A DNA stretch of 64,000 nucleotides from a bacterium (GTDB lineage Bacteria > Auribacterota > UBA3054). The notes beneath the pieces were generated by a model. That model had not been told where the DNA came from. It did not search any database and worked only from the letters and a program-made list of their open reading frames with translations. The stretch covers positions 30,074-94,073 of the forward strand of contig JAGCTE010000037.1 of assembly GCA_017963805.1 (NCBI GenBank). The letters run 5' to 3'. This document shows, one piece after another, positions 18,440 through 26,412 of this stretch (the stretch's first letter is position 1; every line of letters starts with the position of its first letter). Position numbers and translations under genes: made by a program.

Positions 18440-21400
18440 ATGAAAAAAGCACTTCTGCTTTGTTCGCTCGCGGCTGTTTTCACCGCGGTTTCTTTCGCCA
18501 CCCCGCCGAAGGATATTCTGACCGTCGACCTCACATGTCAGGAGCCGCCAACCATAACGGGCGGCTATGAAAGGGACATCACCAAGCTCCAACCCAGCGA
18601 TCTGCCGGAGCAGATCGAAGCGCTGGAAGTGGGGGACACCATTTTCTTCAATTCCCCGGACGGCGTTTTCACCGGCAAATGCACGGTCGCCTACCGCGAC
18701 ATCAACCTTGTGGAAGTCAGAGCCGGCTATTTCCAGCCCCGCATGAACGGCTACAACGAGATCTGGCGCTTCACGTTCGACCAGGACCAGATGCTAGGGC
18801 AGGTTGACTACACCTACCTCAACCACGAATACGCCATACTCTACAGCGACAGGACGAAAAGGCTGACGGCGCTCGAACCGCCCAAAAGGAGCTTCACCTG
18901 CGGCGGCTGCGACGGACCCATCGACGACGTTATCGCTAGGGACGGCGTGAGGCAGATAATGGACAAAATGGAAGCCGAGCAATACTACACCAACGACTGG
19001 CGGTGCGACGAATACGTCACTCAGAACTACATGATCGTCTACACTAAGGAGGCTTTGGAAGAGGCGAAGTCCCGGGGCGGCATCAACAACGTCATGGCCC
19101 AGGGCATCGTTTTGGGAACGCTTATCCTAAGCAACAGCCACGTGAGGTCGTGCTTCAACCTCGTGCATTCCCAGCTCGTCGATTATCCCAACCCGGTGGG
19201 CGAGATCTGCAATTCCAGCCTCGCGCTCAGCAGCCTGTGCAACTCCAGGAACGGGCTTGAGCAGATCGAGCAGCTGAGAGCCCGCTACGGCGCCGACATG
19301 TGCTCGATCGCCGTTCTGATGCCGACCTACACCGGCCTTGCCTACGTGTCTGGCGGCGTGGCCGGCAGCGAGAGCTCCGCCAACAACTGCATGGACGTGA
19401 ACTTCGTCAACACCACCGGCTGGATCCACGAGGACGGCCACAACATGGGCGGCCAGCACTACGACGAGACCGGAACGAGCAGCGGCGGACTCTTCGGCCA
19501 CAGCCACGGCTGCCACAACACGCCTCCCGGGGCGCCCATGGAGTACGGTTCGGTCCTGGCCAGATCCAACGGCATTTTCAACTATTTCAGCTCCACCAAC
19601 ATTTTCTACGACGGAGTGCCGATCTCCACGAACCTGAAGTGCCAGGTGGCGCTGACCTGGGAGAAGACCAGGCGCTACGCCGCGCGCTACCGCTCCGTCC
19701 CTTACCACGCCGCGGGAGACATGCTTCTGCACGAGAGCTTCAATTACCCGATCGGCAGCGGCTTGATGTTCAAGGAAGGCGGCTGCGGCTTCGCTTCGCC
19801 CTGGTACGCCTGCCTTTCCAACATTTTCTACATTCAGGACCGGGATCTCGGCGACGAACAAGCCATGCATGAAGGCGGAAGCCTAAGGATCTGCAACGAG
19901 GGTTCCGAGACGGCCACCACCAGGCGCTTCATCAACTGGATGGATTATTCTCCCGCCTCTCTTACCACGCTCGCCGGCCATGACCTCTGGCTTTCCGTCT
20001 GGGCCGACATGGACGAAGAGGGCGGCTCTTACGGCTACGGCGGTTTCAGGCTCGGCGGTTCCTACGAAGCCTTCACCTTCTACAGGGACGGCACGATCAA
20101 CACGTTCGATTTCGGCACCGGCTACAAGCACACCTTCGGAACGCCCGCCCACTACCTGGTCCGCTGCACGATAACGACCAACGAGACCGGCTACGCCTAC
20201 ACTGACGTCTACATGTGGGTCAACCCGGATATGACGACGGAACCCGATGATTCCGACGCGGTCTTCCACAAGTACGGCTACTCTTACTGGGGCTCCGGTT
20301 TCTCCAGTCTGTATCTCTACGCGCCCTCCGGCTTCAAGATGACCTTCGACGAATTCTGCCTGGGCTACACCTTCGATTCAATCAAGAACAGGGCCGTGCC
20401 TTACGGTTTCGTCTGCCTGAACGGCGACGACAAGATAAAGTTGCGCTGGCGCAACACCTCGAAAGGGGACGTCTCATTGTGGCGCAACACCGTGGAAGAC
20501 CTCGCCACGGCCGTCAAGATAAGGGAAGGGGACAGCACCTTCCAGGCTTACGACGACGCGGACGCCGTCCCGGGCCAGACTTACTTCTACTGGCTGACCG
20601 GCGACTTCCCGACTCCGGAACCCAGAAAGGGCGTCAGGGGCATTCCCGACGTCAGCGCGGAATGTAACGGCGAATACGTGATCGGTCAGGGCCAGGCGGC
20701 GCATCTTTCCGCGGAAGGCAGCAAAGGCTATTTCCCGGCCGTGCGCTGGATCGTCGGCAACGACATGACGCTTTTCTCAACAAACTTCTATTACTACGAC
20801 TACAAAGAGGACCAGATCTATTGGCCGGGCGATTACAATGTGGAGGTGAGGGTGACGGACCGTCAGTTCAAGACCGCCGTCTGCACCAACTACACCATGC
20901 TGCATGTCACCAATGCGTACCCGCACGTCGCCATCTGGAGCGAAGCGAGAACGAGAATGGTCGACGTGCCTCAGATCTTCACCGCCGATCCCAAAGACCC
21001 CGGCATCCACGACACGCTTGACATCCGCTGGGATTTCGGCGACGGCGGCGGCTTCTCCGACTGGACGAACTATTACTTCGCCAGGCACACTTACGAAGCG
21101 AGCGGAACGTACACCGTCAAGTGCCAGGTCAAAGACAATTACGGCGCCTGGACGGAAACGACTCTGCCTTACGTCATCGACGCTTCCGAAGCGCGCCCCG
21201 TGGTCCCGGCGACCCTTACGCTGGAAAACGGCCGCAGCGGCGTTTTGCTTCTCTCCAACCTCGGCTCCGTTCCCTGCGATTACGTCATCAGGAATTCCTT
21301 CGATTCCCTTAAATTCGCGCCCGTCAGGGGCACGATAGATCCCACCGCTTCCGGATCCGTCCCGGTGGCCGTGTGGATCGATCCCCTTAAGACCGGCGGA

Positions 21401-23101
21401 ATGGCCAAGAACTTCAACGTCAAGGTCGCGATAGGGGATACGGAATACGACTTGGTCGTAAGCACTCCCGCCATCACAGACCACGTCGTCGATCCCAACG
21501 GCCCGTACGTGGCGCACCGCGGCTCGAAAGTGACGCTTGACGGCACCGGCACCATGGGCGGATACCGCTACAAGTGGCTAGTCGACGGGGAAGCGGTTGG
21601 CGAAGCCAGCGCCAGCTTCATGGAGACTATCACGGCCGATTACGGCGTGGGCGAACATACGCTGACGCTGAGGCTGGAGAAGGGGACGGGCGCCGTTTTG
21701 GCCACCACCAACACGACGCTGACCATCATTGACAACAATCCTAACGTCTACCTTGCGGAGACCGCTTCGCTTGGCACTACCGTGACGTACGAGCCCACAG
21801 TTGTGCCGCAAGACAGGGAAGGGCTGCAGGTCCGCTACAACTGGGACAACGGAGCCGGCTGGACGATCTGGCAGGACCTTGGCCCCGTGGAGCACACCTT
21901 CGAGAAAGACAGGCCCTATTACGTGCAGTGCCAGATCAAGGACGAAAACGGCAACATGAACAGCACGGCCTTGTATTACGACGGCAACAAGCCGCTCTCA
22001 GTCAGCGCGGCCTTCCCGGACAACACCCAGGATTACACCTGCTATTCCGGCAAGCCCGTAACCATCAAGACCAGCTTCCTCTTGGGCAAGAGAGTCCTGT
22101 GGCGCCAGGATCCCTACAATCCCGTAAGGAACATCCTCAGCGCCTCGGAAGGCAGCGAGATCACCTGCTCCACCGCGGTGCCGGGCGTTTATTACATCGC
22201 TGTCTACGCCGCGGACGACGAATTCGTGAGCTCGCCGAAGATCCTGAAGCTGACGGTATTGAAGTTCGAACCGGTTCTCCCCGAGAACCACGTGATCTCC
22301 GGCGTCGTCTGCACCAACACGTATTTCGGCAGCGGATTCCTTGGCGGCGGGCTTGTGAGAGCGGTGGGCGACGGGTTCGCCTTCGCGGTCTCCAACAGGG
22401 CGGACGGCACCTTCATCTTCGACGCCGTGCCGGCTGGCAAAGTTTACCTTTCCTTCTCCCACGACGAATTCGAAGGCAGGATCGCAGAAGTGGTTTTGAC
22501 CAATTCCGCCAAGTGCGTGGTCTTCGATACGGAAGCCACCGGTAAGCACGGCTTCGTCTACGCCGGCGTGGCGGACGACAACTCCAACTTCCCCCTGGTG
22601 GACGCCGAGGCGCAGATCGCCAACTTCAAGTCGACCGTCACATCCGCCGGCCGCACCACCGCCTTCACGCTGCCTTACGGCGAATACATCATGACCGTAA
22701 GGTACGGCGAAAGGACGCAGTATGTGACGAACGTGACCTCCTCGACCGGCACGCCGACCATACCTGTCAGGATGACGGGCTACAGCCCCTACGTTTCCGG
22801 CTTTTTGTACGGCACCGGCTGCGAGATAGTCACCAACGCCCAGATCCAGGTGGTCAACGCCAAGACGCAGAACATCGTTCAGCGCCACAACATGAACGGG
22901 CTGCCTTTCTTCGACATCTACCTCGGGCTCGATCAGACGGCCGTCCTGAGGGTCAGGCCGGTCGATTACGACAACCAGAACTATACCGTGACGACGGAAG
23001 GAAGTTTCTACAAGGATTTTGTCCTGACGCCGGAACCGGCTTCTTTTATGTTCTTTATTCTGGCGCTCATGGCATTCTTGCGCCGTAACCAAAAATGTTA
23101 A
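18440..23101 (+). CDS. Giant secreted metzincin-like / LamG-like / PKD-repeat protein with PEP-CTERM tail (paralog C, 1553 aa)
   Basis: Signal peptide MKKALLLCSLAAVFTAVSFA. Zinc site HEDGHNMGGQH, followed by YGSVLAR. Textbook PKD signature: WDFGDG at 21029-21046, then ..HTYEASGTYTVKCQVKDNYG. Terminal TPEPASFMFFILALMAFLRRNQKC. Most similar to paralog B. Confidence 0.72.
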   Translation: MKKALLLCSLAAVFTAVSFATPPKDILTVDLTCQEPPTITGGYERDITKLQPSDLPEQIEALEVGDTIFFNSPDGVFTGKCTVAYRDINLVEVRAGYFQPRMNGYNEIWRFTFDQDQMLGQVDYTYLNHEYAILYSDRTKRLTALEPPKRSFTCGGCDGPIDDVIARDGVRQIMDKMEAEQYYTNDWRCDEYVTQNYMIVYTKEALEEAKSRGGINNVMAQGIVLGTLILSNSHVRSCFNLVHSQLVDYPNPVGEICNSSLALSSLCNSRNGLEQIEQLRARYGADMCSIAVLMPTYTGLAYVSGGVAGSESSANNCMDVNFVNTTGWIHEDGHNMGGQHYDETGTSSGGLFGHSHGCHNTPPGAPMEYGSVLARSNGIFNYFSSTNIFYDGVPISTNLKCQVALTWEKTRRYAARYRSVPYHAAGDMLLHESFNYPIGSGLMFKEGGCGFASPWYACLSNIFYIQDRDLGDEQAMHEGGSLRICNEGSETATTRRFINWMDYSPASLTTLAGHDLWLSVWADMDEEGGSYGYGGFRLGGSYEAFTFYRDGTINTFDFGTGYKHTFGTPAHYLVRCTITTNETGYAYTDVYMWVNPDMTTEPDDSDAVFHKYGYSYWGSGFSSLYLYAPSGFKMTFDEFCLGYTFDSIKNRAVPYGFVCLNGDDKIKLRWRNTSKGDVSLWRNTVEDLATAVKIREGDSTFQAYDDADAVPGQTYFYWLTGDFPTPEPRKGVRGIPDVSAECNGEYVIGQGQAAHLSAEGSKGYFPAVRWIVGNDMTLFSTNFYYYDYKEDQIYWPGDYNVEVRVTDRQFKTAVCTNYTMLHVTNAYPHVAIWSEARTRMVDVPQIFTADPKDPGIHDTLDIRWDFGDGGGFSDWTNYYFARHTYEASGTYTVKCQVKDNYGAWTETTLPYVIDASEARPVVPATLTLENGRSGVLLLSNLGSVPCDYVIRNSFDSLKFAPVRGTIDPTASGSVPVAVWIDPLKTGGMAKNFNVKVAIGDTEYDLVVSTPAITDHVVDPNGPYVAHRGSKVTLDGTGTMGGYRYKWLVDGEAVGEASASFMETITADYGVGEHTLTLRLEKGTGAVLATTNTTLTIIDNNPNVYLAETASLGTTVTYEPTVVPQDREGLQVRYNWDNGAGWTIWQDLGPVEHTFEKDRPYYVQCQIKDENGNMNSTALYYDGNKPLSVSAAFPDNTQDYTCYSGKPVTIKTSFLLGKRVLWRQDPYNPVRNILSASEGSEITCSTAVPGVYYIAVYAADDEFVSSPKILKLTVLKFEPVLPENHVISGVVCTNTYFGSGFLGGGLVRAVGDGFAFAVSNRADGTFIFDAVPAGKVYLSFSHDEFEGRIAEVVLTNSAKCVVFDTEATGKHGFVYAGVADDNSNFPLVDAEAQIANFKSTVTSAGRTTAFTLPYGEYIMTVRYGERTQYVTNVTSSTGTPTIPVRMTGYSPYVSGFLYGTGCEIVTNAQIQVVNAKTQNIVQRHNMNGLPFFDIYLGLDQTAVLRVRPVDYDNQNYTVTTEGSFYKDFVLTPEPASFMFFILALMAFLRRNQKC
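19427..19459 (+). other. Zinc-binding consensus HEDGHNMGGQH (paralog C, residues 330-340)
   Basis: Read directly from the DNA: cac gag gac ggc cac aac atg ggc ggc cag cac, in frame with 18440. Confidence 0.75.
23027..23098 (+). other. PEP-CTERM sorting signal of paralog C
   Basis: The terminal sequence TPEPASFMFFILALMAFLRRNQKC has the PEP motif, a hydrophobic helix and a basic tail. Confidence 0.7.
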
Positions 23102-23110
23102 GGATCATTT

Positions 23111-23506
23111 ATGGCTCTTTCCGCAATCGCTTCCTACAACGGCGACCTTAAGTGCACCGCCAAATTGGCGGGCTCCCAAACTTCCATCGAGACCGACGCC
23201 AAGGGGACGCCGGGCGTCTTTTCGCCGACCGACGTGCTGTCCGCCGCACTGGCCTCCTGCACGGCCAGCATGATCGGCTTCGTGGCCGCCCAGCAGAAAC
23301 TGGACATGACCGGCCTTTCGGTGGAAGTAGGGAAAGAGATGCAGCAGTCTCCCGCTTCCGTAAAGACTTTCAAAGTGAAAGTCGTTTTCCCCAAGATCGC
23401 CCTTGACGATCCCATGAAGAAAAGGCTGGAGGGCGCGGCCAAAGCCTGCCCGGTGAAGAACAGCCTCAATCCGTCAATCGAAATAATTACCGAATTTGTC
23501 TACTAA
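23111..23506 (+). CDS. OsmC/Ohr-family protein (peroxiredoxin-like)
   Basis: 131 aa. SPTDVLSAALASCTASMIGFVA and AAKACPVKNSL blocks, with the two conserved Cys spaced as in the OsmC family. Confidence 0.8.
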   Translation: MALSAIASYNGDLKCTAKLAGSQTSIETDAKGTPGVFSPTDVLSAALASCTASMIGFVAAQQKLDMTGLSVEVGKEMQQSPASVKTFKVKVVFPKIALDDPMKKRLEGAAKACPVKNSLNPSIEIITEFVY

Positions 23507-24941
23507 ATTTTCAGACCGCCTTTTGATGCTGCGCCCGCTCTGCGCGGGCGCGGCTCTCTTTTTCCTCGTCCTTTCCCAGTTCGTTTTCCGACTGCAGTTC
23601 GGGCCGGGGGGGGCGCTCGCTTCCGCGGATTCCGCGAAATATGTCCGCATAGCGCTTGAGGGGGGCCTGCCTCACACGCCGCTTTTTCCCCTTTACACGC
23701 TGCTGCTTCGCGTCTTCGCGCGTCTGAGATTCCTTTACGAGCCGGGGGCCAACCTCGCGCTTTTCTCAGCGCTTCTTGTCGCTTTGGGGTGCGTGTTCCT
23801 CTGGGACGCGCTGAGCCGCCGCTTCAAGGACCGCTTCTTCACTTTCTTTTCCGTTTTGGCGGTGAGCTTTCTGCCCTTCATTGTCACGGCCGCGACGGAA
23901 GTGACGCCCGTTTCCCTCTCCCTCTGCCTTTTCTTTTTCGCCTACGCCGTCCTTTCGAACGACAGCGTTCCGCTGCCCTTGAAATTCGTTCCCTGCGGGC
24001 TCCTTGCTTTCCATGATCCCCTGGCGCTCTGGTTCTTCGCGCTGCTTTTTCCCTTCGCCGCCGTTTTGCTTTTCAAAGCCGGGAAGGGCAAGGCTTTCAT
24101 AACAGGCGTCTTTTTGGCGCTTGCCATTGGCTTGCTTCCTTACCTGTACGCCGTTTTGGTTTTCCAAAGAGGGGAGAGCTGCGAATATCTGAGAAGGGAA
24201 GACTTCCTGAAAAGCCTGGTTTGCGCCGTCCTGAACGGCCAATTCTGGAGCAATTACTTTGTCCTGCCGTTTTCAAATTACGGTGAAAGCCTAATTAATT
24301 TCTGCCGCGCCTTTTTCATATCTTCCGCTCTTTGCCTTTACATTGTTCCCGTTCTCCTTCTCGGCCTTTTCTACAGGAAAGCCAGGGCGTTCGCCACAAT
24401 CGAGAACACGAGCGCCTTCGCCGCCGTCACGGCGACCTTTTTGTTTTGCGTTCCGAGCTTCCATTTCTACATCGCGCAGTGGTTCTGGCTCCTCAACGCG
24501 TATCTTGCGGTCTTTTTGGCTTGCTCTTTCGTTTACATCTCAAAGGCGAAGGAGATGCGGCCGGCGCTTCTTCCTCTTGTTTTTATCGGCATCCTCGTCA
24601 TGGCCGTCCACAGTTTCGGCCATGTTCTCGAAAGGAGAAGCTCTTTCGAGGCGTCGAAGCTTGCCCAGGCCTTCGGAGCGCTTCCCTTTGGAAGCGTTTT
24701 GGTGACCGAGGACGTTTACACCGACGGGGAATTTTACCGCTATCATCTCGCCGCGCTGCCTAAGCTCGTTTCCAAAGACGTCACGGTCGTATCCGAGATC
24801 GTCACGGGCAAAAGGAATTTCTTCATTTCGCCCGCCGTGAAAAATTTTCTTTTGGAGCACGACGTGCCTTTTTATCTTGTAAGCGACGTCGACGGCCTTG
24901 CCGTTTACGAACTAGGGGAGAAGGCTGACGGTGAAAAGTAA
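23496..24941 (+). CDS. Polytopic membrane protein, DUF2723/TMEM260-like GT-C glycosyltransferase candidate
   Basis: About 10 or more predicted TM helices. The N-proximal segment ADSAKYVRIALEGGLPHTPLFPLYTLL resembles the DUF2723 signature. The track start is TTG at 23496, overlapping the OsmC end; the first ATG is at 23526. Family call from motif memory only. Confidence 0.45.
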   Translation: MSTKFSDRLLMLRPLCAGAALFFLVLSQFVFRLQFGPGGALASADSAKYVRIALEGGLPHTPLFPLYTLLLRVFARLRFLYEPGANLALFSALLVALGCVFLWDALSRRFKDRFFTFFSVLAVSFLPFIVTAATEVTPVSLSLCLFFFAYAVLSNDSVPLPLKFVPCGLLAFHDPLALWFFALLFPFAAVLLFKAGKGKAFITGVFLALAIGLLPYLYAVLVFQRGESCEYLRREDFLKSLVCAVLNGQFWSNYFVLPFSNYGESLINFCRAFFISSALCLYIVPVLLLGLFYRKARAFATIENTSAFAAVTATFLFCVPSFHFYIAQWFWLLNAYLAVFLACSFVYISKAKEMRPALLPLVFIGILVMAVHSFGHVLERRSSFEASKLAQAFGALPFGSVLVTEDVYTDGEFYRYHLAALPKLVSKDVTVVSEIVTGKRNFFISPAVKNFLLEHDVPFYLVSDVDGLAVYELGEKADGEK

Positions 24942-26412
24942 GCCTTGGCTGATCGATCTCCTTTTGCTTTTCCTTTTGGCAGCCGCGGCCTACCTTTCCT
25001 CGTTCAAAGGCGATTGGCAGTTCGACGACTTCAGGTGCATCGTCGACAACGAGGCGCTGAAAAGCGGATCGCTTTCGAGACTCTGGCGTTTTTCTCCCGG
25101 GCGCTTCCTTGTCTTCCTTACCTTTTGGGCCAATTATGAATCCTGCGGCCTCGACATCTTCTGGTACCATTTCGCCAACCTTTTCATCCATGTCCTGAAC
25201 GGCTTTCTGTTCTACTATTTTCTTCTGCTCCTGCAGGAAGCCGACGGAAGCGACGGGGAGAAACGTTTCCCGGCCTTCATGTGCGCCGCGCTCTTCTTGG
25301 TCCATCCCGCGCAGACGCAGGCGGTGACCTACATTGTCCAGCGGCTGGAACTGATGTGCTTCACTTTCATTCTGGCGCATCTGATCTTCCTGCTTTTGGC
25401 CTTGAAAAACAAGCTCTTCTATATCCCGGCCGCCATCGTTCTCGCAATGGGACTTTTCTGCAAGGAGAACATGGCGGTGGCTCCGCTGATCGTCGCGCTG
25501 GGATACTTCGTTTTCGCCTCCTCGGACCTTAAGACTTTTTTCAAAGAGAAAAAGAAGATTCTCGCCCTTGCCGCGGCGGTCTTTTTAATTCTCTGCCTTG
25601 CCGTTCTGCGTTTCGCGGGCGTCTGGAAGGGGACAAGTTTCGACTTTTCGCCGCTGCAGAGGCTCTACGCCGACACGCCCGACCTTGCGGCTTATTTCGC
25701 CACGCAGTTCAAAGTCTGGGCCGTTTACCTCAGGCTGTGCTTCTGGCCCTTCGGGCTTCGGCTGGAGTACGACGTTCCCCAGGAAGGTTTCGCTTCGCCC
25801 TTTGTCATATTGGCGATACTCTTTTGGCTCGCCCTGGCGGTTTTCGCCTTCATAAACCGGAAAAGATGGCCGTACCTGGCTTTCGGGCTGGGCTTTTTCG
25901 CGCTTGCGCTTTCGCCCGCGGCCACGCTCATTCCCAACGGCCTCTATGAGCACCGCCTTTACTGCGCGCTGCCAGGCGTCCTTATAGCTGTCGTTTTCAC
26001 GCTGTTTCCCAAAAAGAATCTTTACAGCGCGGCTTTTCTGATCGCTGTCATTCTGCTTTTCACCCACGCGGCTTTCCAGCGCAATTTCTACTGGAGCGAC
26101 GCGGAGCTGATCTGGCGGGACAATCTCAAATACTCTCCGGAGAACTTCCGCGTGAACGCCAACGTCGGGCAAGCGCTTATGGCAAGAGAACGGTATCTCG
26201 AGGCCCTGCCGTACCTGAAAAAAGCCATAGAGCTCAGGCCCCAGACGGTCGAAGCCCACTACAACCTCGCCTGCTGCCTGGCAGGCATGGGGGATCTTAC
26301 GGGCGCTAGGGAAGAGCTGATCGTCGCGAAAAAGCTGAAGAGCAAGCTCCCGGAAGTCAAGCGCCTCGTGGATGAAGCGCTGAAAGCGATCGATCAGGCT
26401 TTGGCCGAGTAG
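24931..26412 (+). CDS. TMTC-like (DUF1736/PMT_2-type) GT-C membrane protein with C-terminal TPR repeats
   Basis: GTG start overlapping the previous gene by 11 nt. The first loop motif is YLSSFKGDWQFDDFRCIVDNEAL. A polytopic body is followed by a TPR tail (YLEALPYLKKAIELRPQTVEAHYNLACCLAGMGDLTGA). Paralogous to 43422-45239. Confidence 0.6.
   Translation: MKSKPWLIDLLLLFLLAAAAYLSSFKGDWQFDDFRCIVDNEALKSGSLSRLWRFSPGRFLVFLTFWANYESCGLDIFWYHFANLFIHVLNGFLFYYFLLLLQEADGSDGEKRFPAFMCAALFLVHPAQTQAVTYIVQRLELMCFTFILAHLIFLLLALKNKLFYIPAAIVLAMGLFCKENMAVAPLIVALGYFVFASSDLKTFFKEKKKILALAAAVFLILCLAVLRFAGVWKGTSFDFSPLQRLYADTPDLAAYFATQFKVWAVYLRLCFWPFGLRLEYDVPQEGFASPFVILAILFWLALAVFAFINRKRWPYLAFGLGFFALALSPAATLIPNGLYEHRLYCALPGVLIAVVFTLFPKKNLYSAAFLIAVILLFTHAAFQRNFYWSDAELIWRDNLKYSPENFRVNANVGQALMARERYLEALPYLKKAIELRPQTVEAHYNLACCLAGMGDLTGAREELIVAKKLKSKLPEVKRLVDEALKAIDQALAE

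Noticed and set aside
12610-18450. Poly-A tracts (A7 at 12617-12623; A6 after the ATGs at 12633 and 18440) as slipped-strand phase-variation switches for the giant genes
   Set aside because: The tracts are short (7 nt or less) and simply encode Lys-rich signal-peptide n-regions or the basic PEP-CTERM tail. No long homopolymer or tandem repeat lies between a promoter and a start codon.
8081-23101. Giant paralogs as RTX/T1SS toxins, autotransporters, Rhs/YD-repeat toxins or T9SS cargo
   Set aside because: There are no GGxGxD nonapeptide repeats, no C-terminal beta-barrel, no YD/Rhs repeats, no PAAR or toxin tip, and no T9SS CTD. The C-termini are instead short PEP + hydrophobic + basic tails, and the N-termini are Sec signal peptides.
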